A stretch of DNA of 58,984 nt from an uncultured Pseudomonadota bacterium (GTDB lineage Bacteria; Pseudomonadota; Gammaproteobacteria; Burkholderiales; Methylophilaceae): assembly GCA_903882525.1 (NCBI GenBank), contig CAIRXI010000182.1, positions 1 to 58,984 of the forward strand, in the 5' to 3' direction. This document shows positions 50,072 to 58,984 of this stretch, one piece after another. Each line of letters starts with the position of its first letter. Position 1 is the stretch's first letter. The translations under genes and the position numbers were made by a program. The notes beneath the pieces are model-generated. The model saw nothing but the letters and a program-made list of their open reading frames with translations. It was not told where the DNA came from and searched no databases.

Positions 50072-50902
50072 TTATTCGTTAATATTTTGAATAATGCTGC
50101 TGATAATTCCGGCTTGATTCAAGGTGTAAAAATGTAAACCTGGCACGCCAACGGCCTGCAAGGTTGCGCACAGCTCGCTCACCACATCAACACCAAACGA
50201 ACGTAGTGAAGCCATATCGTCACCATACTCCTCTAGACGCATTTTCAACCAGCGCGGAATCTCAGCCCCACAAATATTAGAAAAACGCGCTAGCTGGGTA
50301 ATGTTATAAATGGGCATAATACCAGGCACAACTGGCACATCAATCCCTGCCGCTGCACACTGATCCATAAATCTAAAATAAGCGTCAGCATTATAAAAAT
50401 ACTGCGTAATCGCTGAGTTGGCTCCTGCATCAATTTTGCGCTTAAGATTAAATATATCAGCCGCCGGTGTTTTGGCTTCAGGATGAAATTCAGGATAGGC
50501 TGCCACTTCTAGATGAAAATGATTGCCAGTTTCCGCGCGAATGAATTCAACTAAATCGAGTGCATAACGAAAATCACCAACACATACTTCGCCTGATGGC
50601 ACATCGCCACGTAAAGTCACTAAACGTTTAATCCCCTGCGCTTGGTAGGATTGTAATAATCCACGAATTTCAGCCTTGCTCGATGAAACGCATGAGATAT
50701 GTGGCGCAGCAGAAAAACCTTCTTGTTGAATTTCAAGCACGGTTTCCATGGTGCGATCCCGCGTAGAGCCGCCGGCGCCAAAGGTAACGGAGAAAAACTC
50801 AGGCTTAAATTTTGCTAACTGCAGGCGCGTTTCACGCAACTTCTCTACGCCTTCAGTCGTTTTAGGCGGAAAAAACTCAAAGCTAATCGGAGCTATTGTC
50901 AT
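50072..50902 (-). CDS. metF: 5,10-methylenetetrahydrofolate reductase
   Basis: SFEFFPPKT, SVTFGAGGS, LRGD, AAYPE, AITQYF, LHFYTLN. Confidence 0.97.
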   Translation of the reverse strand: MTIAPISFEFFPPKTTEGVEKLRETRLQLAKFKPEFFSVTFGAGGSTRDRTMETVLEIQQEGFSAAPHISCVSSSKAEIRGLLQSYQAQGIKRLVTLRGDVPSGEVCVGDFRYALDLVEFIRAETGNHFHLEVAAYPEFHPEAKTPAADIFNLKRKIDAGANSAITQYFYNADAYFRFMDQCAAAGIDVPVVPGIMPIYNITQLARFSNICGAEIPRWLKMRLEEYGDDMASLRSFGVDVVSELCATLQAVGVPGLHFYTLNQAGIISSIIQNINE

Positions 50903-50905
50903 GTA

Positions 50906-51256
50906 TTAGTCTTTTTTATCATCAATAAAAATGGCTGCTAACAACCAGGAAATAACGCTATAAGCCAGTGCGCCTAACATTCCAGCCATCATGGTTTTGA
51001 CTTCAAAACCTACCAGCCAATTACCTACGGCATAAAACAGTAACCCATTGATCACTAAGATAAATAACCCCAGTGTCAAGATAGTAATAGGTAAAGTCAA
51101 AATCACTAAAATCGGCTTAATCAACATGTTGACGAAGCCGATAACCAAAGCTGCAATTAAAGCGGCACTGAACCCAGCCAGATGAATATTAGGAACAAAA
51201 TAGGCCACCGCCAATAAGGCGAGAGCATTTAACATCCATATTACCAATAATTTCAT
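50906..51256 (-). CDS. 4-TM membrane protein of the YvlD / 'phage holin' family
   Basis: VNMLIKPILVILTLPITILTLGLFILVING motif. Confidence 0.88.
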   Translation of the reverse strand: MKLLVIWMLNALALLAVAYFVPNIHLAGFSAALIAALVIGFVNMLIKPILVILTLPITILTLGLFILVINGLLFYAVGNWLVGFEVKTMMAGMLGALAYSVISWLLAAIFIDDKKD

Positions 51257-51292
51257 GTGGCTAGTCCTTTAACGCAATTGCATTCACATCAA

Positions 51293-52723
51293 TTAATAGC
51301 GATAGGTATCTGGCTTGTAAGGCCCTTGCTTCTGCACCCCAATGTAAGCCGCTTGTTCGTCAGTTAAAGTTGTCAGCTGCGCATTGAGTTTTTTCAATTG
51401 CAGTACCGCTACTTTTTCATCCAAATGTTTAGGCAAGGTGTAAACACCCACTGGGTAATTGGCAGTTTGTGTAAATAACTCAATTTGAGCAATAGTTTGA
51501 TTAGCAAATGATGAACTCATTACATAGCTTGGGTGACCCGTACCGCAACCTAAATTCACTAAACGCCCTTTTGCTAACAAGATGATCTTCTTGCCATCTG
51601 GGAATATCACATGGTCCACTTGTGGTTTGATTTCATCCCACTCATATTTTTCAAGTGAGCTTACATCAATCTCGTTATCAAAGTGGCCAATATTGCAAAC
51701 GATTGCTTGGTTTTTCATTTTAGCCATATGTGCATGGGAGATCACATGGTAGTTACCAGTAGCGGTCACAAAGATATCAGCATGTTCAGCAGCGTAATCC
51801 ATAGTCACTACACGATAGCCTTCCATTGCTGCTTGCAAGGCACAAATCGGATCCACTTCAGTAACCCAAACTTGGGCTGATAAAGCACGTAAAGCTTGAG
51901 CTGAACCTTTACCAACATCGCCGTAACCGGCAACTACCGCAACCTTACCCGCAATCATCACATCAGTTGCACGTTTAATTGCATCCACTAAAGATTCACG
52001 ACAGCCATATAAATTATCAAATTTAGATTTGGTCACTGAGTCATTTACGTTGATTGCAGGGAAAGCAAGCTTGCCTTCTTTATGCATTTGATACAAACGA
52101 TGCACGCCCGTAGTAGTTTCTTCGGTCACGCCGATAATTTGGGCTAAGCGCGTTGAGTACCAAGTTGGATCAACTTTTAATTTAGCTTTAATTGCATCAA
52201 ATAGACAGATTTCTTCTTCACTGCTCGGTTTAGCAATCACTGATAAATCTTTTTCAGCACGCGTACCAAGATGTAGCAATAAGGTTGCGTCGCCGCCATC
52301 ATCCAAAATCATGTTGGAGTATTGTGCTTGTCCGTCTTGATTAGCAGGCCATTCAAAAATGCGATGCGTGTAATCCCAATACTCGGTCAAGTTTTCGCCT
52401 TTAATGGCAAAAACTGGCGTACCGCCAGCTGCAATCGCCGCAGCTGCATGGTCTTGAGTTGAGTAGATATTGCATGATGCCCAACGGACGTCTGCACCCA
52501 AGTCATTTAGCGTCTCAATTAGCACCGCTGTTTGAATCGTCATATGTAGGCTACCAGTGATGCGCGCGCCTTTTAGTGGTTGTGCTTTGGCAAACTCTTC
52601 ACGAATCGCCATTAATCCTGGCATTTCTGTTTCAGCAATCGCAATTTCTTTACGGCCAAAGTCTGCCAAATTGATATCGGCAACAATGTAATCTTTAAAT
52701 TTTAAGTCAGTCACAGTATTCAT
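51293..52723 (-). CDS. ahcY: Adenosylhomocysteinase
   Basis: [53 protein letters not shown] end. Confidence 0.98.
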   Translation of the reverse strand: MNTVTDLKFKDYIVADINLADFGRKEIAIAETEMPGLMAIREEFAKAQPLKGARITGSLHMTIQTAVLIETLNDLGADVRWASCNIYSTQDHAAAAIAAGGTPVFAIKGENLTEYWDYTHRIFEWPANQDGQAQYSNMILDDGGDATLLLHLGTRAEKDLSVIAKPSSEEEICLFDAIKAKLKVDPTWYSTRLAQIIGVTEETTTGVHRLYQMHKEGKLAFPAINVNDSVTKSKFDNLYGCRESLVDAIKRATDVMIAGKVAVVAGYGDVGKGSAQALRALSAQVWVTEVDPICALQAAMEGYRVVTMDYAAEHADIFVTATGNYHVISHAHMAKMKNQAIVCNIGHFDNEIDVSSLEKYEWDEIKPQVDHVIFPDGKKIILLAKGRLVNLGCGTGHPSYVMSSSFANQTIAQIELFTQTANYPVGVYTLPKHLDEKVAVLQLKKLNAQLTTLTDEQAAYIGVQKQGPYKPDTYRY

Positions 52724-52825
52724 TTTATATCCTTGAATGTGTGACCGGAGGGAAGGGGTGTACTAAAACAAGAGAAGTTGTAACGCTAATCTCACCCAAA
52801 TCCCGTGCCCGGCACGGTTAATAAT

Positions 52826-52890
52826 GGTGAGCGCCGTTAAAACATATTCCGAGCCTGGGAGATAGCCTCTCGCAACGCTCCTCGGAATAA
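52826..52890 (-). ncRNA. SAH riboswitch
   Basis: Minus strand TTCCGAGGAGCGTTGCGAGAGGCTATCTCCCAGGCTCGGAA..AACGGCGCTCA contains the SAH aptamer blocks GAGGAGCGTTGC, CCAGGCTCGG and the pseudoknot strand AACGGCGCTCA. Upstream of ahcY; TATAAT -10 at 52896-52901. Confidence 0.93.
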
Positions 52891-53000
52891 GCGGCATTAT
52901 ACGTGATATTTTTTTTCACACCAAGGTGATGGCAAACAGAATCACATTAATACTAGGTTTTCATGACCGACACCTAATACTTTTATCTAGTCAGGCAAGA

Positions 53001-54182
53001 CTATTGGCTGATAATTTGCTCTATATCATGCATCGGGTAGTCTTCGGGTTGCACATGCCCAACAACGGCATCCGACTCTGTAGCCAAGTGAACTACTTGC
53101 ACGGGCAAGCTGGAATTGGATAGCGTTGAAAAAAACACTTTCACCACCGGCTTCAGTAACGATTGGGCACTTTGCTCTACAACAACCGCGACGCGCCCAG
53201 AACTAAGCGCAACGACAGAACTAACCGGGTAAATGCCAACACTCTTCACAAACGCTCTAAATACCCGATCATCAAAATGCCCTTCCCATTGCGCCATCTG
53301 CTGTAAAGCAAAGCCTGGTTGCCAACCTTTTTTGTAAGGTCGATCAGAAGTAATGGCATCATACACATCACAAACTGCACCCATTTTCGCAAATACGCTA
53401 ATATCATCCGCTTTAAGCTGATGCGGATACCCTAGGCCATTTGTTTTTTCATGGTGATGAAGACAAACCTCTAACACCACCTCATCTGTAATATTGGCTT
53501 CTAGCAATAGCGCATGTCCACGCTCTGGATGTAATTTCACCAAAGTAAGCTCACCTTCAGTGAGTGCACCGGGCTTATTAAGCACCTCTTTATCGATACC
53601 AGTCTTACCTATGTCGTGAAGTAAACCTGCTAGCCCCACCTGCCTAATTTTGTCATTAGGCAAGCCTATCTGTTTTGCCAAAACCTGCATTAATACGCAT
53701 ACCGCCAGCGAATGCATATAGGTGTAATCATCTTTATGCTTTAGGCGCACCAAACTAATGAGAGCCCCAGCATTGTGGGCTAGCGCCGCGGCAATATCAT
53801 CAACCACTTGCAATGCTGTTGCTGCACAGACCGCCTTACCCATGCGCACTTCATCAAACATCGTCGTAACGGTGAGTTTAGATTTAGCAATCACTTGCCG
53901 CGCGCGTTCACGCTCTAAGCGCGCGAATGATAATTTGGCTTTGGTTTTAATAATGGAGGAAGTCGTCGTTTCTGTCGGCACCTCTACTCCGTAAACATCT
54001 AAACCTTTAGAGGTGTCTATCACCACAGCACTTACTGCACTCGCTTGCAGCTTCTTTAAATCTGAGGGGTCATTTAATATGAAGGCGCTTTTCCAGAAGG
54101 GGTGCTCCAGCCACGGGCCTTGTAGCTCGTGGATAAACATACCTAAACGGACTTGCTTGGTAGGAACAATTTTCAACATCAT
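53001..54182 (-). CDS. HD-GYP c-di-GMP phosphodiesterase with N-terminal DUF3391
   Basis: LGMFIHEL..PWLEHPFW, YTYMHS, LLHDIGK, HHEKTNGLGYP, DVYDAITSDRPYK, VGIYPV. Confidence 0.92.
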   Translation of the reverse strand: MMLKIVPTKQVRLGMFIHELQGPWLEHPFWKSAFILNDPSDLKKLQASAVSAVVIDTSKGLDVYGVEVPTETTTSSIIKTKAKLSFARLERERARQVIAKSKLTVTTMFDEVRMGKAVCAATALQVVDDIAAALAHNAGALISLVRLKHKDDYTYMHSLAVCVLMQVLAKQIGLPNDKIRQVGLAGLLHDIGKTGIDKEVLNKPGALTEGELTLVKLHPERGHALLLEANITDEVVLEVCLHHHEKTNGLGYPHQLKADDISVFAKMGAVCDVYDAITSDRPYKKGWQPGFALQQMAQWEGHFDDRVFRAFVKSVGIYPVSSVVALSSGRVAVVVEQSAQSLLKPVVKVFFSTLSNSSLPVQVVHLATESDAVVGHVQPEDYPMHDIEQIISQ

Positions 54183-54200
54183 CTATGCCTGCACAACTAA

Positions 54201-54237
54201 AGACTTGCACAGCGCTGTGATAGCACTGTGCAAGTCT
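54201..54237 (-). terminator. Long hairpin after metK (terminator or stabiliser)
   Basis: AGACTTGCACAG-N13-CTGTGCAAGTCT, a perfect 12-bp stem 6 bp past the metK stop; weak U-tract. Confidence 0.6.
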
Positions 54238-54243
54238 ATAGAG

Positions 54244-55401
54244 CTAAATCGAAGCTTTTAATGCTTCAGCTTTATCGGTAGCTTCCCAAGTAAACTCAGG
54301 TTCGTCGCGGCCAAAATGTCCATAAGCCGCTGTTTTTGTATAAATCGGACGCAGAAGATCCAACATCTTAACGATACCTTTAGGTCGTAAATCAAAATGC
54401 TCCAACACTAATTGCCTAAGCACTTCGTCAGAAACTTTGCCTGTACCGTACGTTTCTATCATTACTGAAGTTGGGCGAGCGACGCCAATGGCATAACTCA
54501 CTTGAACTAAGCAGCGTGAAGCCAAACCGGCAGCCACGATATTTTTAGCGACATAACGGCCAGCATATGCTGCACTTCGATCTACTTTTGATGGATCTTT
54601 ACCAGAAAAGGCACCGCCGCCATGAGGCGCAGCACCACCATAGGTATCTACGATGATTTTACGACCAGTTAAACCACAATCGCCTTGTGGGCCACCAATA
54701 ACAAAACGGCCCGTAGGATTAACCAAGAACTTAATCTCGCCCTTAATCAACTCTTGTGGCAACATAGGTTTAATGATTTCTTCAATCACTGCTTCACGAA
54801 TTGCTTCCAAAGACATTTCTGGAGCGTGTTGTGTAGAAAGTACTACAGTATCAATTTTGTATGGCTTTCCATCCACATACTGCACGGTGACCTGAGATTT
54901 AGCATCTGGACGCAACCAAGGTAGACGGCCATCTTTACGCATTTGCGCCTGACGCTCCATCAATCGGTGACTAAGCCAAATTGGCAAAGGCATTAACTGA
55001 GGCGTTTCAGCCACTGCATAGCCAAACATTAATCCTTGGTCGCCAGCTCCTTGATCAAGAGGATCATCATCAGCGTTATCAACGCCTTGGGCGATATCTG
55101 GCGATTGTTTGTCATAAGCAACTAAAACTGCACAGCCTTTGTAATCAATACCATATTCAGTATTGTCATAACCGATGCGCTTAATGGTTTCGCGTGCAAC
55201 TTTAATATAATCAACATTAGCCGTGGTGGTAATTTCACCTGCCAATACGATTAAACCAGTGTTGGCCAACGTTTCGGCAGCAACACGGGCATTAGGATCT
55301 TGGGTTAAGATAGCGTCTAAAATGCTATCGGATACTTGGTCTGCAAGCTTGTCTGGGTGACCTTCAGAAACTGATTCTGAAGTAAATAGATATTCGTTCA
55401 T
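54244..55401 (-). CDS. metK: S-adenosylmethionine synthetase
   Basis: [37 protein letters not shown]. Confidence 0.98.
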   Translation of the reverse strand: MNEYLFTSESVSEGHPDKLADQVSDSILDAILTQDPNARVAAETLANTGLIVLAGEITTTANVDYIKVARETIKRIGYDNTEYGIDYKGCAVLVAYDKQSPDIAQGVDNADDDPLDQGAGDQGLMFGYAVAETPQLMPLPIWLSHRLMERQAQMRKDGRLPWLRPDAKSQVTVQYVDGKPYKIDTVVLSTQHAPEMSLEAIREAVIEEIIKPMLPQELIKGEIKFLVNPTGRFVIGGPQGDCGLTGRKIIVDTYGGAAPHGGGAFSGKDPSKVDRSAAYAGRYVAKNIVAAGLASRCLVQVSYAIGVARPTSVMIETYGTGKVSDEVLRQLVLEHFDLRPKGIVKMLDLLRPIYTKTAAYGHFGRDEPEFTWEATDKAEALKASI

Positions 55402-55572
55402 TGTGCGCCTTGAGTAATTAACAATAAAAATGAAGTGATTCGCATACTAAAGGCTGAAGCATGAAAATCAGGTCAATGTCTAGGCCGACATTCTACCTAA
55501 CTTATTCAATAATAAGCATATAAATAATTAATAAAGCGTTATCTCCGACCTTTGGCATCTTATAATAAACAA

Positions 55573-56409
55573 ATGAAATTAAAATTTACTAAAATGCATG
55601 GTATAGGAAATGATTTTATGGTGATTGATGCCATTAATCAGTCGGTAAATCTGACGCCTCAACAAATTCAAGCCCTAGCCAACCGCCAATTTGGCATCGG
55701 TTTTGACCAGCTACTCTTGGTCGAAACTTCAAAAATTGCTGATTTTAAATACCGCATTTTTAATGCTGATGGAAGCGAAGTGTCACAATGCGGTAACGGT
55801 GCACGCTGTTTTGCGCGCTTTGTCTATGAGCAGAAATTAAGCTCAAAACGCGAAATTAGCGTGGAAACTGCCAGCGGCATTATTACCCCAAAATTAGAAG
55901 AACATGACTTGGTCACGGTGGACATGGGTGCGCCAAAATTTGCGCCTGCCGACATTCCGTTTATTGCCGATGCTACTGCCACTAGTTATAAATTAGATAT
56001 TGGTGAGGAGTCAGTCACGATTGCCGCACTCTCCATGGGCAACCCCCATGCGGTGCAAATTGTAGAGAATGTTGATTCCGCTCCTGTAGAGCGCATGGGT
56101 AGACAAATTGAATTGCACCCACGCTTCCCACAACGGGTAAACGCAGGCTTTATGCAAATAATGGATTCACACCATATTAAATTAAGGGTATTTGAACGCG
56201 GTAGCGGTGAAACATTAGCTTGTGGCACTGGCGCCTGCGCCGCGGTAGTTGCGGGCATAGTATGGGGGCGTTTGGTATCGCCCGTGTCGGTCAAAGCGCG
56301 TGGCGGAGAATTACAAATTGCATGGCAAGGTGGCAATTCCGCGGTGATGATGACTGGTCCTGCAGTGTCCGTGTTTACAGGCAGCATAACCTTACCAATA
56401 GAGAATTAA
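55573..56409 (+). CDS. dapF: Diaminopimelate epimerase
   Basis: [43 protein letters not shown]. Confidence 0.97.
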   Translation: MKLKFTKMHGIGNDFMVIDAINQSVNLTPQQIQALANRQFGIGFDQLLLVETSKIADFKYRIFNADGSEVSQCGNGARCFARFVYEQKLSSKREISVETASGIITPKLEEHDLVTVDMGAPKFAPADIPFIADATATSYKLDIGEESVTIAALSMGNPHAVQIVENVDSAPVERMGRQIELHPRFPQRVNAGFMQIMDSHHIKLRVFERGSGETLACGTGACAAVVAGIVWGRLVSPVSVKARGGELQIAWQGGNSAVMMTGPAVSVFTGSITLPIEN

Positions 56410-56448
56410 TTCAGCATAGCTAAAAGTACGAAATTAAAAAGGATAGTC

Positions 56449-57135
56449 ATGCAACAAGATAGCCCAGTACAAAACAATACCGTTACCGCTGATCAAGTCA
56501 GTCAATTTTTACGTAGTCATAGTCATTTTTTTGAGCAACATGCGAGCTTGCTCACTGAAATCTATTTACCTAGCCCTCATGGCAATGGCGCAATATCACT
56601 GGCTGAACGTCAGCAGTTAGCGCAACGTGACAAAATTCGGGTGCTAGAGACGATGTTGGCACAAATGATAGAGTCGGCCCAACAAAACGACACCACTAGT
56701 AGCAAGGTACATAATTTAAGCGTGCAATTAATTGGCAGCCTTAACTTTATTGATCTGCAAAAACTCATCGCACAAACCTTGCAACAAGACTTTGGAGTCA
56801 CCCAATCATTGCTGCGCTTGTGGGTACAACCCAGCAACAGTGATTTAGCCCAAGATGACGCATTTACCAAAATGGACTCCGCTTTTAGCGACTGGGCAAT
56901 CAGTTTAAATCAGCCATTTTGTGGCGCTAAACCTGAAGTGGCTCAAGATTTATTAGATGGAGATTTAATGTCGTTTGCGTTCATTCCACTTTATCTAGTA
57001 CCGGGGAATTCGCAAGCAAGTGGCGTACTTATATTAGCCGCACAAGATGAACAGCGCTTTAAGGCAGATATGGGGACGATGTATCTTAGCTTAATCGGTG
57101 AGCTAATTAGCGCAGCATTGACGCGCCATATTTAA
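56449..57135 (+). CDS. DUF484 (YigA) family protein
   Basis: FL..H..FFE, GAISLAERQ, RF..DMGT.YL; between dapF and xerC. Confidence 0.9.
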   Translation: MQQDSPVQNNTVTADQVSQFLRSHSHFFEQHASLLTEIYLPSPHGNGAISLAERQQLAQRDKIRVLETMLAQMIESAQQNDTTSSKVHNLSVQLIGSLNFIDLQKLIAQTLQQDFGVTQSLLRLWVQPSNSDLAQDDAFTKMDSAFSDWAISLNQPFCGAKPEVAQDLLDGDLMSFAFIPLYLVPGNSQASGVLILAAQDEQRFKADMGTMYLSLIGELISAALTRHI

Positions 57136-57155
57136 CGTACTAGGGATAAAACCTA

Positions 57156-58049
57156 GTGAAGCATCTCAAAGACTACCTTCAGCATTTAACTTTTGAGCGA
57201 GGTCTAAGCGCGCTCACTCGCAAAAATTATGCCCGAGATATCGCACTTTTGGAATCGCTGATTGTGCAGGGTGGGCTAGATGTTGACAGCTTAGCTACCC
57301 TACAAAGCGCGCAGATTAGACGCTTTATCTCCACACTTAATAGCCGCGGATTGAGTGGAAAAAGTATCGCTAGAGCATTGTCTGCGTGGCGGGGGTTTTA
57401 TGCCTATTTAATTCACCACAAAGGCTTTACTCAAAATCCTGTCATGGGATTGCGTGCACCAAAAACGGCAAAAGCCTTGCCACAAGCACTCTCGGTTGAC
57501 CAAGCAGTAAAGTTTGTTGAAATTGCTGGTGACGGGGTATTGGAACAACGTGACCATGCCATTTTGGAGTTGTTTTATTCATCAGGATTGCGCTTAGCTG
57601 AGCTGGTGAATTTAGATTTGGATATGCTAGATTTTGCAGAAGGTACTGTCACTGTAACGGGTAAAGGCAATAAAACCCGCATCGTGCCCATCGGTAGCCA
57701 CGCCATCAATGCCATACAAATTTGGTTACGGCAACGTGCACTGATTGCCATAGAAGAGCAATATGCCAAGGCCTTATTTGTTACCCAGCAAGGACGCAGA
57801 ATCACGCCTCGCGCAGTGCAATACCGAATGAAAGGCTGGGCTATCAAACAGGGTGTCAACTCAAATATACACCCACATATACTTAGGCATAGCTTCGCAA
57901 GCCATGTGCTACAATCTAGCCAAGATTTACGCGCAGTGCAAGAAATGCTCGGCCACGCCAATATCAGTAGCACCCAAATCTACACGCATCTCGATTTCCA
58001 GCATTTAGCTACGATTTACGATAAAGCCCATCCACGCGCTAAAAAATGA
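57156..58049 (+). CDS. xerC: Tyrosine recombinase XerC
   Basis: SSGLRLAE, GKGNKTR, HPHILRHSFASH, LGHA, TQIYTHLDFQHLA..YDKAHPRA; dapF-yigA-xerC synteny. Confidence 0.95.
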   Translation: MKHLKDYLQHLTFERGLSALTRKNYARDIALLESLIVQGGLDVDSLATLQSAQIRRFISTLNSRGLSGKSIARALSAWRGFYAYLIHHKGFTQNPVMGLRAPKTAKALPQALSVDQAVKFVEIAGDGVLEQRDHAILELFYSSGLRLAELVNLDLDMLDFAEGTVTVTGKGNKTRIVPIGSHAINAIQIWLRQRALIAIEEQYAKALFVTQQGRRITPRAVQYRMKGWAIKQGVNSNIHPHILRHSFASHVLQSSQDLRAVQEMLGHANISSTQIYTHLDFQHLATIYDKAHPRAKK

Positions 58050-58133
58050 GTGTGCGGCAGTGAATTTGTGTGTGCCCGATTGGTCATTAACGGACTATCT
58101 AACATTCTATTCAACCCCTCTTAAGGAAATACC

Positions 58134-58718
58134 ATGGAACATACATTACCTGCTTTGCCCTATGCTAAAAACGCACTAGTCCCGCATATCTCAGAAGAAA
58201 CCCTAGAATTTCACTACGGCAAACACCATCAAGCTTACGTCACTAACCTGAATAACCTAATTAAGGGCACTGAGTTTGAAACTAGCAGCTTAGAAGAAAT
58301 TATTAAAAAATCTGCTGCTGGCATTTATAACAATGCGGCACAAATTTGGAACCACACCTTCTTATGGAGTAGCATGAAACCTAATGGTGGTGGTGCTCCG
58401 ACAGGCCCTTTAGCTGATGCAATCAATGCTAAATGGGGCTCATTTGAAGACTTCAAAAAAGCATTTCAAACTTCAGCAGTAGGTAATTTTGGATCAGGCT
58501 GGACTTGGTTGGTAAAAAAAGCTGACGGTTCTGTTGATATCGTCAATATGGGCGCTGCCGGCACGCCACTAACGACAGGTGATAAAGCATTATTAACGAT
58601 TGATGTATGGGAACATGCTTATTACATTGACTACCGCAATGCGCGTCCTAAATATGTAGAAACATTTTTAACGTCATTAGCGAACTGGGATTTTGCTAGC
58701 GCTAACTTTAGTAGCTAA
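58134..58718 (+). CDS. sodB: Fe superoxide dismutase
   Basis: [28 protein letters not shown]. Confidence 0.94.
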   Translation: MEHTLPALPYAKNALVPHISEETLEFHYGKHHQAYVTNLNNLIKGTEFETSSLEEIIKKSAAGIYNNAAQIWNHTFLWSSMKPNGGGAPTGPLADAINAKWGSFEDFKKAFQTSAVGNFGSGWTWLVKKADGSVDIVNMGAAGTPLTTGDKALLTIDVWEHAYYIDYRNARPKYVETFLTSLANWDFASANFSS

Positions 58719-58747
58719 ACCATACTGAAGTTTTAATCGTGTCGTTT

Positions 58748-58773
58748 AAAAAGGTCGCAGTTGCGGCCTTTTT
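58748..58773. terminator. Bidirectional intrinsic terminator after sodB
   Basis: AAAAAGGTCGC-AGTT-GCGGCCTTTTT. Confidence 0.85.
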
Positions 58774-58863
58774 AATTTGGGCGGCAACGCCTAAGTTTCT
58801 GTTATTATTTGCCTCATGTTGCGTCGTTTAATACTCACATTATCACTAGTTGCGTCGTTTGGC

Positions 58864-58983
58864 TTAGCCCAAATCGGTGCTGTTAGCCATGAACTCTCGC
58901 ATTGCGTTGAAGCGAGTGTAGAACATACACAGCAAAATCACAGCAAGAATACCAGCCCAAGCAATCAGTCTAGTCATAACCAC
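58864..58983 (-). CDS. Possible 3' end of a membrane-protein gene running off the window, or a small TM protein
   Basis: Only minus frame open at the edge: ..VVMTRLIAWAGILAVILLCMFYTRFNAMREFMANSTDLG*; convergent on the sodB terminator. Confidence 0.4.
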   Translation of the reverse strand: MVMTRLIAWAGILAVILLCMFYTRFNAMREFMANSTDLG

Positions 58984-58984
58984 A

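Noticed and set aside
50906-51256. 'Phage holin' gene as evidence of a prophage
   Set aside because: No phage genes nearby; this YvlD-type membrane gene sits inside the housekeeping ahcY-metF operon.
52926-53123. 65-aa plus-strand ORF near the riboswitch
   Set aside because: Mostly antisense to the HD-GYP gene, with no motifs and no RBS.
57156-58049. Tyrosine recombinase as a mobile-element integrase
   Set aside because: Sequence and dapF-DUF484-xerC synteny identify the chromosomal XerC.
58818-58860. Direct repeats as a mini CRISPR array
   Set aside because: Only two 12-bp copies with a 19-bp spacer, and no cas genes.

Overview
This is an almost continuously coding core-chromosome segment from a betaproteobacterium. 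Gene order and protein sequences suggest Methylophilaceae (Methylotenera-like); that is inference, not a database hit. Contents in order: an IS3-family terminal repeat at the left edge; pbpG; an orphan gcvH; pepA-holC-helical-repeat protein; lptG; ampD; a purM-DUF3108x2-RsmB-like-DAACS-MenA-like run; hda; ahpCF with a well-spaced OxyR box; bepA-soxYZ; moaC; thiO-like and CPA2 genes; kdsD-kdsC-lptCAB-rpoN-hpf-hprK-rapZ-EIIA-HPr-EI; prlC; xthA; def-fmt-rsmB-DUF4390-ntrY-ntrX; dprA-smg; SAH riboswitch-ahcY-membrane protein-metF; HD-GYP; metK; dapF-DUF484-xerC; sodB. I found no rRNA, tRNA, CRISPR, prophage or defence island, and I cannot support a wholly new multi-gene system. The most unusual signals are gene relics that the ORF track does not flag. 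(1) lptF, normally essential, is reduced to a 19-codon stub in front of an intact lptG, while lptCAB are intact. (2) The LysM/TsaP-type gene upstream of dprA is decayed and truncated. (3) The C-terminal winged-helix region of dprA is a stop-riddled relic while the DprA core stays open. Items 2 and 3 together suggest erosion of type IV pilus/competence functions. Other candidates are an orphan soxYZ with a non-canonical carrier arm coupled to bepA, a proline-periodic helical protein behind holC, and a MenA-like prenyltransferase.
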